64,000 nucleotides of DNA from Azolla caroliniana (taxonomy: Eukaryota; Plantae; Polypodiophyta). The stretch covers positions 14,942,001 through 15,006,000 of the forward strand of contig JBHGNT010000011.1 in the NCBI GenBank assembly GCA_043228905.1. The letters run 5' to 3'. Below, in pieces: positions 8,995 to 22,088 of the stretch (within the stretch, counting starts at the first letter, position 1; each line of letters opens with the position of its first letter). The notes under the pieces were generated by a model, which searched no databases, had not been told where the DNA came from, and worked only from the letters and a program-made list of their open reading frames with translations. A program made the position numbers and the translations under genes.

Positions 8995-11900
8995 ATGAGG
9001 GGATCGGAGCTCGCCAAAGCCATGGCGACAACGGTTGACCGGATAGTAAGTGCTCGTGAGGGCACAGGCGCCCTCGACAGGGCCATTGAAGCGAATGTCG
9101 GCGCAATAGGCCGGTTCAATGGTAAGAACGCCACGAGTTATTTGGAGGCCTACCGGGCCGAAATGGTGATGAGGGACATTCCGGAAGATAGGCGGTTGGC
9201 CGGTTTCCCTCGGGTGGCGACGTCAGGCATTCACCCAGAGGTGCTCGAGGTACAAGCTGGATGCCTGACCTAGGGAGAGTTTGAGGGTTGGATCCTCGAG
9301 AAATACGGGCTCGATGACTCGCTTCGGCTATCAAAGCGAGAGTTGATGGAGTGGATGGAGACCCCCGGAAAGGCGAGGAACACATCTACAGTCCTCCAAG
9401 AATTTGAAAAACGGTTCACTCGGTTGTCGGCGCTGGACCGGACTGTGCTCAACACGAGCCGAGTCCTGCTGTTCGTCAAAGCGGTGGACGCGTTGGACCG
9501 GGAGAAAGTGGGTCTCCAATTGGAGACGGACAAAGGGCTCACGACAGACTGGGTTGTGGTAAAACAAGTCTGTAGTCGTTTCGACAAACGGTGTGAATGG
9601 AGCGGCGAGGGGTCGCCAGCAGCAAGGCCGGTCCCGACAAGGGAGTTCGAGGGGCCGGCATCGGTAAGGAAAGATGAGACTCAAACTTGGCTGGATTTGG
9701 GTGCGGGCCTGTCCGACGCGGTCAAGGATCTCTCTAGGGGATCAGCTCTAGAAGAGCTGACACAAATGGTGCGGGATCTCCAGATCGTGCAGGCCCGGAG
9801 AGACAGTAGCGAACAGCCTCGTGACCGGAGGCCGCCGGCAAGGCAACGGTGCATGTGGTGTAATGCGGTCGGTCACATCCGGAAGGAGTGCCCGGATTTT
9901 GCAAAAGCACTCAGGACTAACGCGGTGTACCTCTAGAATGGGCAGGTACATGTGAGCGAGACTCGAAAAGCCCTGGAGTTCAATACTGGGCATGGCGGAA
10001 TGAAGCGGTTGATGGAGGAAGTTGCGGCGCGACACGCAGAGGCCGTCTAATACTCTACGTCGGCGGGTATCCGGGTCGGGGGCGATGAGGGCCGGAAGGC
10101 GAAAGACTCCGGATTCTGGCCGCTAGTGCTAGAAGGCCTCTCCGGGGTTCGGCTAAGGAAAGAGGCGGACCGCGCAGAATAGCGGATTCGAGAGGTCACC
10201 GGATGGGACGATCCGGTTGAAGAAAAGATTGGCTTCGTGGAAGCCGCATGCCAGAACTACGAGGTTCTGGTAGAAGACAAGCGCGCAGGAAAGGCTGAAG
10301 GGGCCGGTCCCTCACAACGGTACGAGACCCGGTTCGGACCGAAGCCGAATGATTCCGCCAACACCGGCGCGCCGGATAGAAAGAAGTAGGCCGGTTTCCG
10401 GCTGAGCACCGAAATCGAGCGAACGACAGACCTACGAAAGGTCCTTGAGGAACGGATCCTCGATAACAAGGTGGAGCTATCGTTACGGGAGGTACTTGGG
10501 ATTGCCAAGAAGGAGTTCCATGACTCCATTGTAGACTTGGTAAAGCGTAAGTAGCTCTTGACGGAGCCGGAGCCGGAGCCGGAGAAGCCTGTGGAGGTGC
10601 GGACGACACGCCTAGAAGACGCGGCCCTGGAGGACCAGTTGGCGGAGAAACACTATTTGAAGTTGCATTGGGCCAGAGCCACTACGGAGACGCATGTTCG
10701 GATCGGGGACGTTCTGGAACCGGTGGTGGCATTGATAGACCATGGATCCGAAATCAACCTGATGTCCATGGATTTCTATAAGAAAAGGAAATGGCCGATT
10801 AACAACAAGCACGGGGGGAAGATACGAGCGGCGACGCACGCTATGGAGGAGCTGCATGATGTGTGCCCGAATGTACGCGTAAAGATCGGCGACGTCGAGA
10901 TAGATCAACACTTATTTGTACAGGAGACATCCTCACACCCGGTGATACTCGGCGAACTGTACATTACGGCGGCTCGCATGGAAACAAAGGTGCTCCATTC
11001 AATTTCTAACAGTGAGGCCGAATCATGAGCGTAACCGCAAAACCCTCGGCGGTGACAGCCGAGGGGATTTTTAGAGAGGGCTATCAAGGCGTGGAGCCGC
11101 GGTAGTCCGGACACCCCGGGGAAACCCCACACATGTACCATAGATAAGAAATTTTGGTTCTCCAATAACGGAGGTTGTACTATAGCCGGCATCAACAGCC
11201 GGGAAAAGAAGCAGGCAGAGGAAAGATTCAAGGCATGCGGTGTCCTCGGTCCTGGCGAAGAGATTGGCGGCGCCATGGAGACGGTCTCCTTCGATGACAC
11301 CTTGGGGGAATTACGCGGTGTGGTCGAAGAAGGCCTTAGTGAAGACCGGACGATTCCGGTTAGCTCGGTGGAGATGTACAAAGTCATTGATGACTTTGGA
11401 GAAAGGGTCGACTTTGCAGCTACTGAAACAGAAAGTAGAGATGGGTATCCTCGAGCCGTCGAGTGCCTCGTATTCGAATCAGTGGTTCACCGTGCCGAAA
11501 AAGAACGGCACGCTACGCTTCATACAGGACCTGCAGCCGGACAACAAGGTGACCATTCGAAACGCAGGTATCGGACCGACAATCGACGAGTTCGTGGAGG
11601 CCTTCGCCGGATGGTCAATCTATTCAGTCAATGATCTATATTCGGGCTATGACCAGTTCCAACTAGCCGTAGAGAGCAGGATATCACGACGATGCGGATT
11701 CCTCTCGGCCTAGTGCGGATGTGTACCCTGCCGCAGGGAGGGACCAACTCAGTGGCGCACATGGTGAATGTGATGAACAAGGTACTAAGGGACTGCGTCC
11801 CAGACATCACCATGCCATTCTTGGACGACATCCTGATCAAGGGATGTCCGGTAGGGAATACGGACGAATCGGTCGAGCCGAACGAATGCCGAAAATTCGT

Positions 11901-14136
11901 TGCGGACCACATCAACGATTGCGACAAGGTGCTACAGAAACTTGAGAGCGCGCGGCTCACCTTCTCCGAAGAGAAGTCAGCTTTAGGGCAACTGGAGATC
12001 CTGGTAGTCGGGCACTTGTGCGGGCCTTACGGCAGGAAACCGTCGCCGGCGAAGGTGCAGGCCATCTTTGCGACGAAGGACGATTGCAGGTCGGTTACAG
12101 AGGTCCAGAGGATCTTGGGGGCATGTGCGTTCTATCATCTCTGGATTCCGCACTACGCACACGTCGCGGATCCACTCTACATGCTGCTGAGAAAGGGGCG
12201 TAAATTCGAATGGGGCAAGGAGCATACGGAGTCGATTCAAAGACTAAAGGAGGCACTTACTACGGCACCGTCTATCCGGAAAGTGGTTTACGGCAAGGAG
12301 GTTCCAATCTACGTAACCATAGATACGAGCCTGACCGGGATAGGGTGGGTGATCAATCAGGAGGACGAGAGCAGCACTCGGTTCAGGGTGAAGGTTCTCA
12401 GTGAGCGACAACGAGGATACGCCCAAGTTAAGCACGAACTGTGGGGTATCGTTTCGGCGGTCAAGACCGATAAAGACTACTTGATCGGGACAGAAGTAAT
12501 CATCGAGACGGACTGCCTGTCGATCCTCGGTATGGTTTCCGGATGTGCGACTCCAGACCTAGCAATGCTCAGGTGGATCGCGTACATTAAGTCCCTGGAC
12601 CCGGAGATACAACACATCTCCAGGAAGGACAACACCATGGCTGATATGCTTTCTAGAGTGCGTTTCGACGACGAGAACGGCATGGTTTCGGAGGACGAAG
12701 AAGTCGATGTAGACTTCTTCGAGTCGGCTCGCGTAGCGACAAGGGCAGGGAGCACTCCGGCGCTTAACGAGTTCAACGAGAGCGAGTACGACGGGGAGTG
12801 GTTCCAGATTGGAAGGTTCCTGAGGACAATGATGCCGGACACAACATGGACCAAAGAGGAGGCTAACCGAATCCGGAAGCAACCATACTGATTCCTCCTA
12901 CGGGGTGGAAGTATATGGAAGCTCCCAAAGAAGCGAGGTGGCATTCCACTACGCGTAATGGGGAGAAAGGACGAGCAGGAAAAGTTGTTAACGATGTACC
13001 ACGAGAGTCCTTGGGCCGGATACCACGGGACATGGGCCACGTTTGAGAAACTGAAAGAGAAATATTGGTGGTCGGGGTTGTACCGGGATGTGTACCAGTT
13101 CGTGACGACATGTGAAAGCTGTCAGCTACACTCCACGGTCCGACATCAAGATGAGTTACACCCGACCTACCCGCCAATCGTCCATTTCAAGTGGATGGTA
13201 GACTTAGTGACGATGTTGATGGGGGTAGGGCAGATGTGGTACCTAGTGCTTCCGCGGGAGGATTTGACGAACCAGGTGGAGGGTCGGGCACTGCAGAACA
13301 AGACGACTCCGGCGGTGTGCCGGTTTCTGATCGAAGAGGTAGTATGCCGGTACGGGTGCATAGAGAAGATCATGGTGGACCGAGGAGAGCTGAACGCACA
13401 AGAAGCTGAGGAGTTGTTCGACCGGCTAGGGTTCAAGCTCTCTCTCACCACGGCATACAATCCGGAGGCCAACGGGAAGGTAGAACGCGGGCACAGGCCG
13501 ATTGTGAAGGCGTTGGTACACGCGTGCAACGGACAGGTCGGGAATTGGCCGTGGCTCCTTCCTTACGCGTCGTGGGTGGATCGAACTACGCACAGTTCGG
13601 TAACAGGGTTCATGCCAGCGGAGCTGATGTACGGGCAGAAGCCTATCATACCGATGGAGCGGACGATTTCCTCCTGGGCGGTGATAGATTGGAGAGATGA
13701 GATGAGCCGGGAGGAGCTGTTGGCGGCGTGGATTCGACAACTCAAGCGAAGACCGGAGGACGTGGAGCGTGCAAAGGCGAAGCTACATGCGACGAGGGAG
13801 AGGAACAAAGGCCGGTTCGATCGGATGCACCGGATGCGGCCAAAGAAGATCGAGGAAGGCGACTGGGTGATGGTGTACGATAGCAGCCTCGACAGCCAGC
13901 ACAAGGCAACGTGCAAATTCACGAGGAGGTGGTTCGGGCCCAACGCCATAATGAGCGTGAATGACAACGGGACGTATCATCTTGCGGAGCTCAACGGGAC
14001 GTGATTAACAATGCTGGTAACCAAGAAGCGAGTCAAGGCGTTCAAGAAGCGGCATGAGGATGAGCCGGACCCGGGAAGCGTGACCGACGACGATGACCGG
14101 TTAGGAGCAGACGAGGATTCAGGAATTGACGGATGA
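8995..14136 (+). pseudogene. gag-pol: Ty3/Gypsy gag-pro-pol of element B (degenerate; internal deletions near 10995 and 11417)
   Basis: Gag 8995-, knuckle CMWCNAVGHIRKEC, protease ALIDHGSEINL, RT/RH 11692-12891, integrase 12958-14136 with GPY/F-like RRWFGP. No chromodomain seen. Confidence 0.93.
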
Positions 14137-14185
14137 TTATGTGTCGGTCTTCTCCAATGATTGTTTGTGTCTGGCGCATATCGGA

Positions 14186-14210
14186 GGATGCGCGGTTTGG
14201 TGGGGGTGGA
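14186..14210 (+). promoter_or_regulatory. Polypurine-tract region of element B
   Basis: GGATGCGCGGTTTGGTGGGGGTGGA directly before TGTCATGAAG. Confidence 0.8.
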
Positions 14211-14965
14211 TGTCATGAAGAAAACCGGCCCTAAGAGGAATCAAGGAATTAAAGGCGTGAACCCGCCCTTGCACAAGTGTGCGCGAATTGATACATTCTA
14301 CATAACTAGGAATAGGACGGCTGATGTAAATATACTAGGTATGACATATTTATTAGCTAGGAAATTGACGCGTATCTCTGTCCGAAGGGACAAAGAATAA
14401 AGTTGATGTGTTTTGATGTCACGGCCTCCTCGGCGACCTATAAAAGGGAGGGGAGAAGAAGAAGAAGGTATTGCGTTTTGACGAGGACGAGGTGTTGTCG
14501 GACTGCGTATTGAACGCTCTCCTCCTCTGTTGTTGCTCTCCACTCTATTTTTGCGTCGGTTGCCTCTGATGTTTGTAAGCCCGCGTGCTTCCAACAAAAG
14601 CTCCATCGTGAGTTCTATGTGTCGTGTGTGTGTGCGTGGGTTCTCGATGTCGGGTCTGTTGCCGACTTGCCGGTTGTAATCTGGCATACATTGTAACCTT
14701 GCTAGTTATCGAATTCAAACTTCTGTTTTCTCTCTCTTGTGTTCTCATGAGTTCCCTCTACCTTGTCCGGTGAGCGTGTATCAGGTTCGGAGACTATACG
14801 CGTTCAGGTCTTATTTGGCTAGTAACATTGTCGGCAACGAGCAGGCCTAGCCGCCGATACGCTCACCTGTCTCTCTCTCTCTCTCTTTTGATCTCTTAAA
14901 CCCCTTGGTCCAAGACCCCCGCGGTCCCGCCTTAGTTTCTCAAGCGTAAGCGGAACTACACAACA
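14211..14965 (+). mobile_element. 3' LTR of element B
   Basis: Starts TGTCATGAAGAAAACCGGCC, has TATA-like CTATAAAAG near 14438, carries the family U5 box, and ends ...CTACACAACA (CpG-decayed CGCGACA). Confidence 0.85.
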
Positions 14966-15700
14966 CACGTGTCCCGAAACTTCCACCCACTCTCGAAGTG
15001 GCGCTCATTGTCCCATCGTCCTCGGCCTTATCCATGGTCGTCTCTTCACCACAAGACGAGAGGTTCACTCACTCCGTACCCTCTCCCATGTCGCTGTTGT
15101 ACGCTCTTTCAACCTCCACATAGGCCCCGTCCTCCGTGCGTAGGGAGGCGTCTTCCTCCGAGTCCTCTGATCCTCTCGGACCTGACTCCTTAATAAACCC
15201 CTCTTCAGCTTCGATCTTTGACTTCACGATCTCGTACGCCTCCCGTATCAATGCTTCTCGGTCGAACTCCTCCGAACTATTACGCATTGAGCTCTCTTCC
15301 GGCGATAGTGCATAGTCACTCACCACCCTCTCTTCTCCACCGCTCACAGGCCGTGTTGTGGCCAACCGCTTCTCATCATGTTGCCGGCATACCCACTCCA
15401 CTTCAGACCAATCGTCGGTGACGCCGTGTGCTCCATGATCATCTTCGAGCTGGAATAAAATGTCCATCCTTTCCTCCCGATGGACCATCTTCAAAAATAG
15501 GAGGACTTTGTCCGCCCCCACCGATCTCCAATCCCGCTCCAAGAGTTGAGCACAACGACGCTCAAACTCTTGGAATGCTTCCATTACGCTTCGATGGGCC
15601 TTCACCGACGTCACCCATCGATCGAACTCATGTCGACATTGCCCCTCCGGTTTCTCGTACCCGTACGCCTCCCATAAAGCTTCCATCCTCGTCCTCCCTT
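14966..15700 (-). pseudogene. Gag-like ORF of element D (Gag-only type), cut by insertion of B/C
   Basis: ORF 15069-15713: EALWEAYG...FQEFERR...VGADKVLLFLK...GVTDDWSEV, homologous to element C ORF. Confidence 0.75.
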
Positions 15701-15708
15701 GCCGCCCT

Positions 15709-15726
15709 TTCACATCGGTTTCACCA
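15709..15726 (-). promoter_or_regulatory. Primer binding site, tRNA-Trp (degenerate)
   Basis: Minus strand TGGTGAAACCGATGTGAA, 4 nt from the LTR end. Confidence 0.75.
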
Positions 15727-15730
15727 AATA

Positions 15731-16454
15731 TGCCACGTAAATCCGCGCGTGTGTGTTGGATAGGATGGGACTACAGGGGTCTTGGACTAGGGAGTAAGAG
15801 AAGGGAGAGAAGCTTGGGAGTTCAACCGAGAAGGAAGAGAAAGATTAAGATTCAAGAGAATAAAATCTAAACAAGACAAGATACATTATGGAAAGCACCA
15901 CACCAATTACAACCGTGGTCGTGTAGGCCGAATGTAAACCTTCTAGATGAAACCCTAACCGGATAGGGGGGAAAAAAGAAGAAGAAGAAGAAGACGAATG
16001 AAACCGCTAAAACGAGATCCTAAAACCCAAAATTCTGAAACCCTAATGGCAATCCAAAGAAACCCAAAAAGTGGAAGCCCCCTCAAAAGTGACCCCTCAC
16101 TCCGTTTTATAGTAATAAGGGGTGAGGCACATCACAAAAAGGAGTGGTTAAATCCCCTTTCTTTCAAAGGAGAGTATTTGACCTCGATCTTAGGAGGTGA
16201 GATTGATGGGCCTTAACTCCCTCTCCTCTCACCGACATACTCAATGCCCACTACTCCCTACACCAATACATTATGTGCCTCCCTCTAGTCTACAAAGTGC
16301 ACATCACCTTTATGCCTTTACATCTTACTTTTCCTCCTTACATTTGTCTTTTATTCCTATGTTACAATTTTCCTAAGTTCATGTGCAATGTTGCACATCT
16401 TGTTTTATTCCTCCCGCTCGGGTTTTCTCACCATGGCCGAAAATTCTCACGACA
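15731..16454 (-). mobile_element. 5' LTR of element D
   Basis: Minus strand TGTCGTGAGAATTTTCGGCC...TTTACGTGGCA. Shares GAGATTGATGG.CCTTAACTCCC and GTGCAA.GTTGCACATC with 4245-4925. Confidence 0.85.
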
Positions 16455-17916
16455 ACGCCACCACCGAAGGAAGAGAGCTCAAAGAGAGAAGATTCGAAGA
16501 CACTCAACATAGAAGCTTTGATGAGAGAAGCATTCGAGAGTTTAAAGGTGCAAGTTGAGGCCAAAGAGAATCTTATAATGGAGCCAAAGCTTATTCAAAT
16601 GGTGATCAACGAAGAAGAGACCTCCCAACAAAGGTGGAGTAATGATACGGCCAATACGAAGGCCCAAGTTCGGTATGGCAGTAACACGGGAGAGGGTGTG
16701 GAACAAGCCACCTTCTCGACTTACAGAAGAATGATGGTCAAGAGAAAGGCCCAAGATTCGAGAGCGGGAAATGTCGCTTTAAGAGTGGACAAGCATTTCG
16801 AAACACATGTTGTGTCCGAAATATCGAGTGATGAAGGTCAAGAGAAAGGCCCAAGATTTGAGAGCGGGAAATGTCGCTTTAAGAGTGGAGAAGCATTTCG
16901 GAACACATGTTGTGTTCGAAATATCGAGTGATGAAGGTGCAAAAATGAGTAAATCTTGTGTGATCGAGGGAGATAAAGAGTGCAAGGCCGATGTGATTGA
17001 GGAGGTAGCCACGAGAAATGACATCGAGTCAGAGATGGCTATGGACAAGTCAATGGCAGATGGCCATGTGGAGACTTTCTAACACTTCATCTAGAGACTT
17101 GGGCAGTTGTGTCTAGAAACCAAAGAGCAAGAGTGAGCAAGGACCGTGGAGAGGATTCCTCCACACTCGTTCCAGAGACTTCAGCAATTGTGTCTGAGAG
17201 CCAACGTGAGACCAAAGAGATGGAAGGTGGCTACGAGGAAGCGAAGGATGACGTCGGTGTGTACGATGAAGAGACCAAACGAAGCACAATGACAAATGTG
17301 GATGTGCACGATAAAGAGCTCAAGTAAAGCACAATGACGAAAGTTGATGCATGCAACAAAGACCCAGAGCGAAGCACGGCAAGGGAAGATGAGGGCCAAG
17401 TGGGCCAAGTGGATCCGAAAGATGTGATCAACTCCAACACGAGAAATGTGGAAGTCATGGTCAAATCCAACACGAGAGTATACCATGAAAGTGGAAAAAG
17501 TGGGAAGCATGAAATGTGGTCACTTAAGGACCTAGAGGTGAGCATGCAATTGAAGGATGGACCACTAAGAGTACTCAACAACAATATTCCCATAAGGCCT
17601 TTGAAAGGCAAGCATGGAACAAGAAAAGATGATAAAAGAAAGTTAGATGACCGAGATGAAGGTGGCACATGCACGAGGCATGAAGCATTATGCTCTAAAA
17701 GAGCAAAGGGAGCCATGACAACCAGTCATGGAAATGCAAAGAGTGAGCGAAGAATATGGTGGATCGGATAGCCACAATGGTTCGCGTAGAAACAAGAGAC
17801 AAAGTTTGCACGGGTGAGGCACAAGGAGCAAGCCAAAGGTTCAACCTTTGGCCCCACCACATCACTATTTTCCTTCTTGGCACATGTCGGAGGATGTGCG
17901 GTTTGGTGGGGGTGGA
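16455..17916 (+). mobile_element. Internal 3' part of element E (Gag-like acidic tail running to the PPT; no pol motifs seen)
   Basis: EESSKREDSKTLNIEALMREAFE aligns with EESSMRNSSEEFDREALIREAYE of element D. Family PPT at 17892-17916. Confidence 0.7.
16736..16938 (+). repeat. About 100-bp tandem duplication, 2 copies
   Basis: GGTCAAGAGAAAGGCCCAAGATT...ATATCGAGTGATGAAGGT repeated with a few mismatches. Confidence 0.85.
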
Positions 17917-18612
17917 TGTCGTGATGTGGCATGTCCACTGAGTGAAAAAGTGTGGTTCCACACACATTACACACACACTTGTAAATATGAAAATAATTAA
18001 TTAATTAAACTTAGGGCTAAGTTCATACAAAGAGGTGCAAACAAGATTTGAACCTTGCACCTCCAAGATAGGAAACAATTGACTTACTCCTGAGTGCTTT
18101 AAATTTTGTATATTTTCTTCTTATATTTAGTATTCCATAGGAAACAAACATGTGCACAAAACCATGCACAAAAACATGGTTTAAACCTATGATTTTGTGC
18201 ATGTCATATGCAAAACCATGTGCACAAAACCATGGTTTTAGCCCATGGTTTTATGCATGAACAAACCTATACAAAACCCTAGTAGAGAGTGTGTAAAGGG
18301 GGGGCTCAAGATGTGATATAATCACCATCATCATCACCATCACCATCAATATAAAATTCTTCTTATAATTATACTTCTTATTGTTCTTCTTCTTTTACCT
18401 ACGATAAATATTATTATACTTCTTCTTGTTCTTCTTATAATCGTCAATCTTTCGATCTTCTAAAGTGTAACAATGTTTCCACGACTCTAAAATTGACATT
18501 GTCCTCTTTTCGATAACTTGGCAAACGTTCTCCCTGGCGCAAACGTTCTCCCCGGTCCAAGACCTCGGCAGTCCCACTCAAGTGGCACACGCACACGAGA
18601 TTTTTCACGACA
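17917..18612 (+). mobile_element. 3' LTR of element E
   Basis: TGTCGTGA...TCACGACA termini, U5 box GGTCCAAGACC, AT-rich interior with AAAACCATG(TGCAC) repeats at about 18140-18280. Confidence 0.8.
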
Positions 18613-21600
18613 CCAGATCCAAATCTTTCATTGAGAAGGTCCGGTTCAAGGCCTTCTTCATATTCCCGATTTTGATCCGGTCCGGTCCGATGATTAGCAT
18701 GTCATCTACATACAACAGGAGTATCAGGAAGCCGCCTCCGTCGAACTTCTCACGAACACGGAGTGGTCGGGCTTCATCTTGTGGTATCCTTGGTCAGTCA
18801 TGAAGTCGTCAAACTTTCGGTACCATTGCCAAGGGGCTTGCTTCAATCCGTATCAGCTCTTCTTCAACTGGCACACCAGGTTCTCCTTCCCTTTCTTGAC
18901 GAATCCTTCTGGTTGTTGCATGTAGATCTCTTCTTCGAGGACTCTATGTAGGAACGTTGTCTTGACGTGTAGTTGCTCTACCTCAAGGTCCAAGCTTGCT
19001 GTTATGCTCAACACCATGTCATCTTCACTACTGGGGCAAAGATCTCATCAAAATCCACTCCTTTCTTCTGTTGGAATCCCTTCACCACAATGTGGGCTTT
19101 GTATCTCGATGGATTTCCGGCGTCTCCCGGTTTCAGCTTGTACACCCACTTGTTCCGGAGCGCTCTCTTTCCTTTCTGCAACTCTGTCAACTCATACGTT
19201 TGGTTCTCATGCAGGGAATCCATCTCATCCTACATGGCACTTAACCACTTGCGATTGTGAGTATCCTTCTTTGCTTCTTCGAAGCTTTTCGGCTCCCCCT
19301 CGTCGGTCAATAAAACATGCTCTACATCAGGAAATCTCTGAGGGGGCCTTCTCTCTCTTAAAGGGTATCTCCATCCTTGGTTTTCGAACATTGGTTCCTC
19401 CGACTATTCTTCATCCAAATCTAATTCGGGGTCTTGTCCAGTTCCGGTGTCTGATTCTACTTCTTCAGTCGACTCGGTTCTTTGTCCGAATCCGGCCGGT
19501 TCATCATGGTCTTTGGTTGACATCCGACTTCCGACCGGATGTGTCCTAGAATCTTCCAGCTGATTTCTATCGGTCAACCCGGAGTCCACTATCTTCTTCT
19601 CCGACTCCCAGTCGGCAATGGTCTTGTCTTCCATGAAGACTATGTCTCGACTCCGGAAAACCTTCTTGTCAACCAAGTCCCACACTTAGTAGCCAAACTC
19701 ATCATTGTTGTATCCAAGGAATATGCATGGTCGGGACTTCAGGTCCAATTTTGATCTCTTGTCCTTTGCTACATGCGGGTAGGCGAGACAGTCGAACACC
19801 TTTAGATGTCAGTAAGACACATCTTTCCCAATCCATACACTCTGTGGTGTGTCTCCATCCAAGGGCGTTGAGGGTGATCTGTTTATCACATATGTCGCCA
19901 TCATCAGCGCCTCATCCCAAAACGTCTTAGACAACTTAGCACGTGCTAGCATGCTCCAGACTCTTTCAAACACAGTCCGGTTCATCCTTTTAGCCAATCC
20001 ATTCAGCTCCGGTGTCTTCGGCATGGTGAATTCACGCCAGATTCCCTCTGACCGACAGTACTCCTTGAAATGCCCCCGGTATTCGTCTCCGTTGTATGCT
20101 CGAACTGCCTTCAGCTTCCGGTCGGTTTCCCTTTCCACGCTTGCATGGAATTCATTGAAGACGGCCAGACCTCTTACCCTTCGTCTTCAAGAGTGAGACC
20201 CACAGCTTCCAGTTGTGATCATCTATGAACATCATGAATTAATGCAATCTAGCATGTGACTTCGCGTCCACTTGACATACATCGGTGTGTACAAGTTCCA
20301 ACGGTGCATTCTGTCTCGACGGTGGTTGGGTTCGAAAAGAGGTTCGGTTTTCCTTGATGGCCAAGCAATCAATGCACTTCTCGAGTTGCACGTCTTTCAC
20401 GAATCCGGAATGAGGTTATCCTCCGCAAGTTTACGCATCCCTTTCTGGGTCATGTGACACAACCTCTTGTGCCACAACTCATTGGTTGTATTGGATACCA
20501 TGTTTGTCACAAACATGACACAGTTATGTCAAGATTTGAACTCTTGACTGTTTGTATTATAGTCAAGTGTTATATTGTAACCAACATATCCAAGTACATA
20601 ATCGTGTTATATATATCTTCATAGATTATCTATTCACGTTCTAGGAGTTTTTAGAAAGGTCTAGAACTAGAAGGTTCTAGAGGGTTCTAGAATATTCTAA
20701 TGCATGTACTTCAACTCACAATATAAATACTTGTTACCTCCTTGGTCCCTTTCAAGGGATTCAACACCAGTCATTGACACATCAATCTAGTATTCTCGTT
20801 TCGCCTCATCCTTGTCTCCTTGATCTTTATTTCTGTCTTCACGCCCTCATGTCGCTCACAACATCTAGAGTTCCTAGCCTTGTCACATCTAGCTCCAAGT
20901 TCATCCGTCGCTCGTAACCCTATCATCTGTGCTCTGTCCTAGTCCACGCTTGGTGTGTCTGTGACAACGTTTACTTCTTCCCGGCATATCTGGGCATGCA
21001 TCAGGTATAGCGTGTTGATCTTCCAGGCTCAGGTCACGATCAAGCTTCCTTTGATGAATTGCATGGCTCCGTTCCGGATGCTACCTGTGTAGCCTTCATC
21101 ATCCAGCTGATTGGTTGATATCATGTTCAACTGAACCTCTGGAACGTGTCAGACATCTTTCGGCAGCAACTTGCACCCGGTTGACGTTGTCAACCACACG
21201 TCTCCTATGCCGATGATTCAGTATCCACCTTCATTCCCCATCCATACACAGTCGTGATCTCCAGCTCTATAGGATGTGAAGCATTTCCAGTCGGGAGTCA
21301 AATGGAACGATGCTCCGAAGTCAACCACCCATGTCGTCTCTTCGCTGACAAGGTGCAACTCATTTTCCTCAGTGATGAGCAGCAGTTCTTCCTCACTTAT
21401 CACGATTGTCGACGTTCCTCTTCTCTCTGAAATCTTCTTCGGTTCTGGACCATCGGCTCCCCCTTTGGCTTTTCGAAAGTGTCAACAATTCTTCTAGAAG
21501 TGCCCCAACTTTCCGCAATAAAAGCAAGTGGGCCTCCCCCTTGACTTTGACCTCGTCCCCGATTTGTCCCGGTTTTGGGGGCTCCGATTCCGGCCTCGTC

Positions 21601-22073
21601 CCTGGTTATTGTCATCTTCCGTAATTGACAACCAACGTTTCCCAACTATCTAGGAGGGAACCGAGCAACAGCAACACGAGTACCTCGTCAACTAGAGGTA
21701 CTTCCAATGAAGTTATTTGATTTATAAGCCCCTGGAAGGCATTCATGTGCTCCGCCATACTGGAGCCGTCTTGGTATCAGAGTCCCACTAACTTCCGGAA
21801 TATTGAGACCCAATTCACAGCATTCTTGTTTTGAAACATGATGCCTATCATCTCCTAGAGTTCATGAGCCTTACTCTCTTCATTGAAGTTGTAAACTGTT
21901 GTCTTTGTGTGCATCACCTCCCAGGTTGGTGCATCTATTATGTCCAGTTTTGCATCTCCAAACTGTACCAGTAGCCAGAGATCTTTGACCACCAACATGT
22001 CCCTCATCTTCGACTTCCATACTGAGTAGTTAGAGCCGGTGAGATTGAAAATGTCGCCGAATGGATCTTCCAT
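18613..22073 (-). pseudogene. Ty1/Copia gag-pol (Tork/Tto1-like, tentative), host of the Gypsy nest
   Basis: Gag LTGSNYSVWKSKMRDML, CCHC knuckle near 21500, protease WVVDFGASFHL, LWHKRL pre-integrase, integrase TPELNGLAKRMNRT, RT NKWVYKLK...YKAHIVVKGF. PR-INT-RT order is the Copia order. Confidence 0.92.
20505..20966. mobile_element. Solo LTR of an unrelated family (462 bp) inserted in Copia pol, with 5-bp TSD
   Basis: TGTCACAAACA...TGTCTGTGACA inverted termini. Flanks ATGTT (20500-20504) and ACGTT (20967-20971). TATAAAT near 20722. Confidence 0.85.
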
Positions 22074-22085
22074 GCTCTGATACCA
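22074..22085 (-). promoter_or_regulatory. Copia primer binding site, initiator tRNA-Met
   Basis: Minus strand TGGTATCAGAGC, 3 nt from the LTR end and directly followed by the gag ATG. Confidence 0.9.
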
Positions 22086-22088
22086 TAT

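Noticed and set aside
1-15700. GC-rich, ORF-dense block as bacterial contamination or HGT
   Set aside because: Fully explained by LTR retrotransposon domains, LTRs, PBS/PPT and CpG/CHG decay.
21772-21783. Second tRNA-Met PBS-like sequence TGGTATCAGAG
   Set aside because: Lies antisense within Copia gag with no adjacent LTR end.
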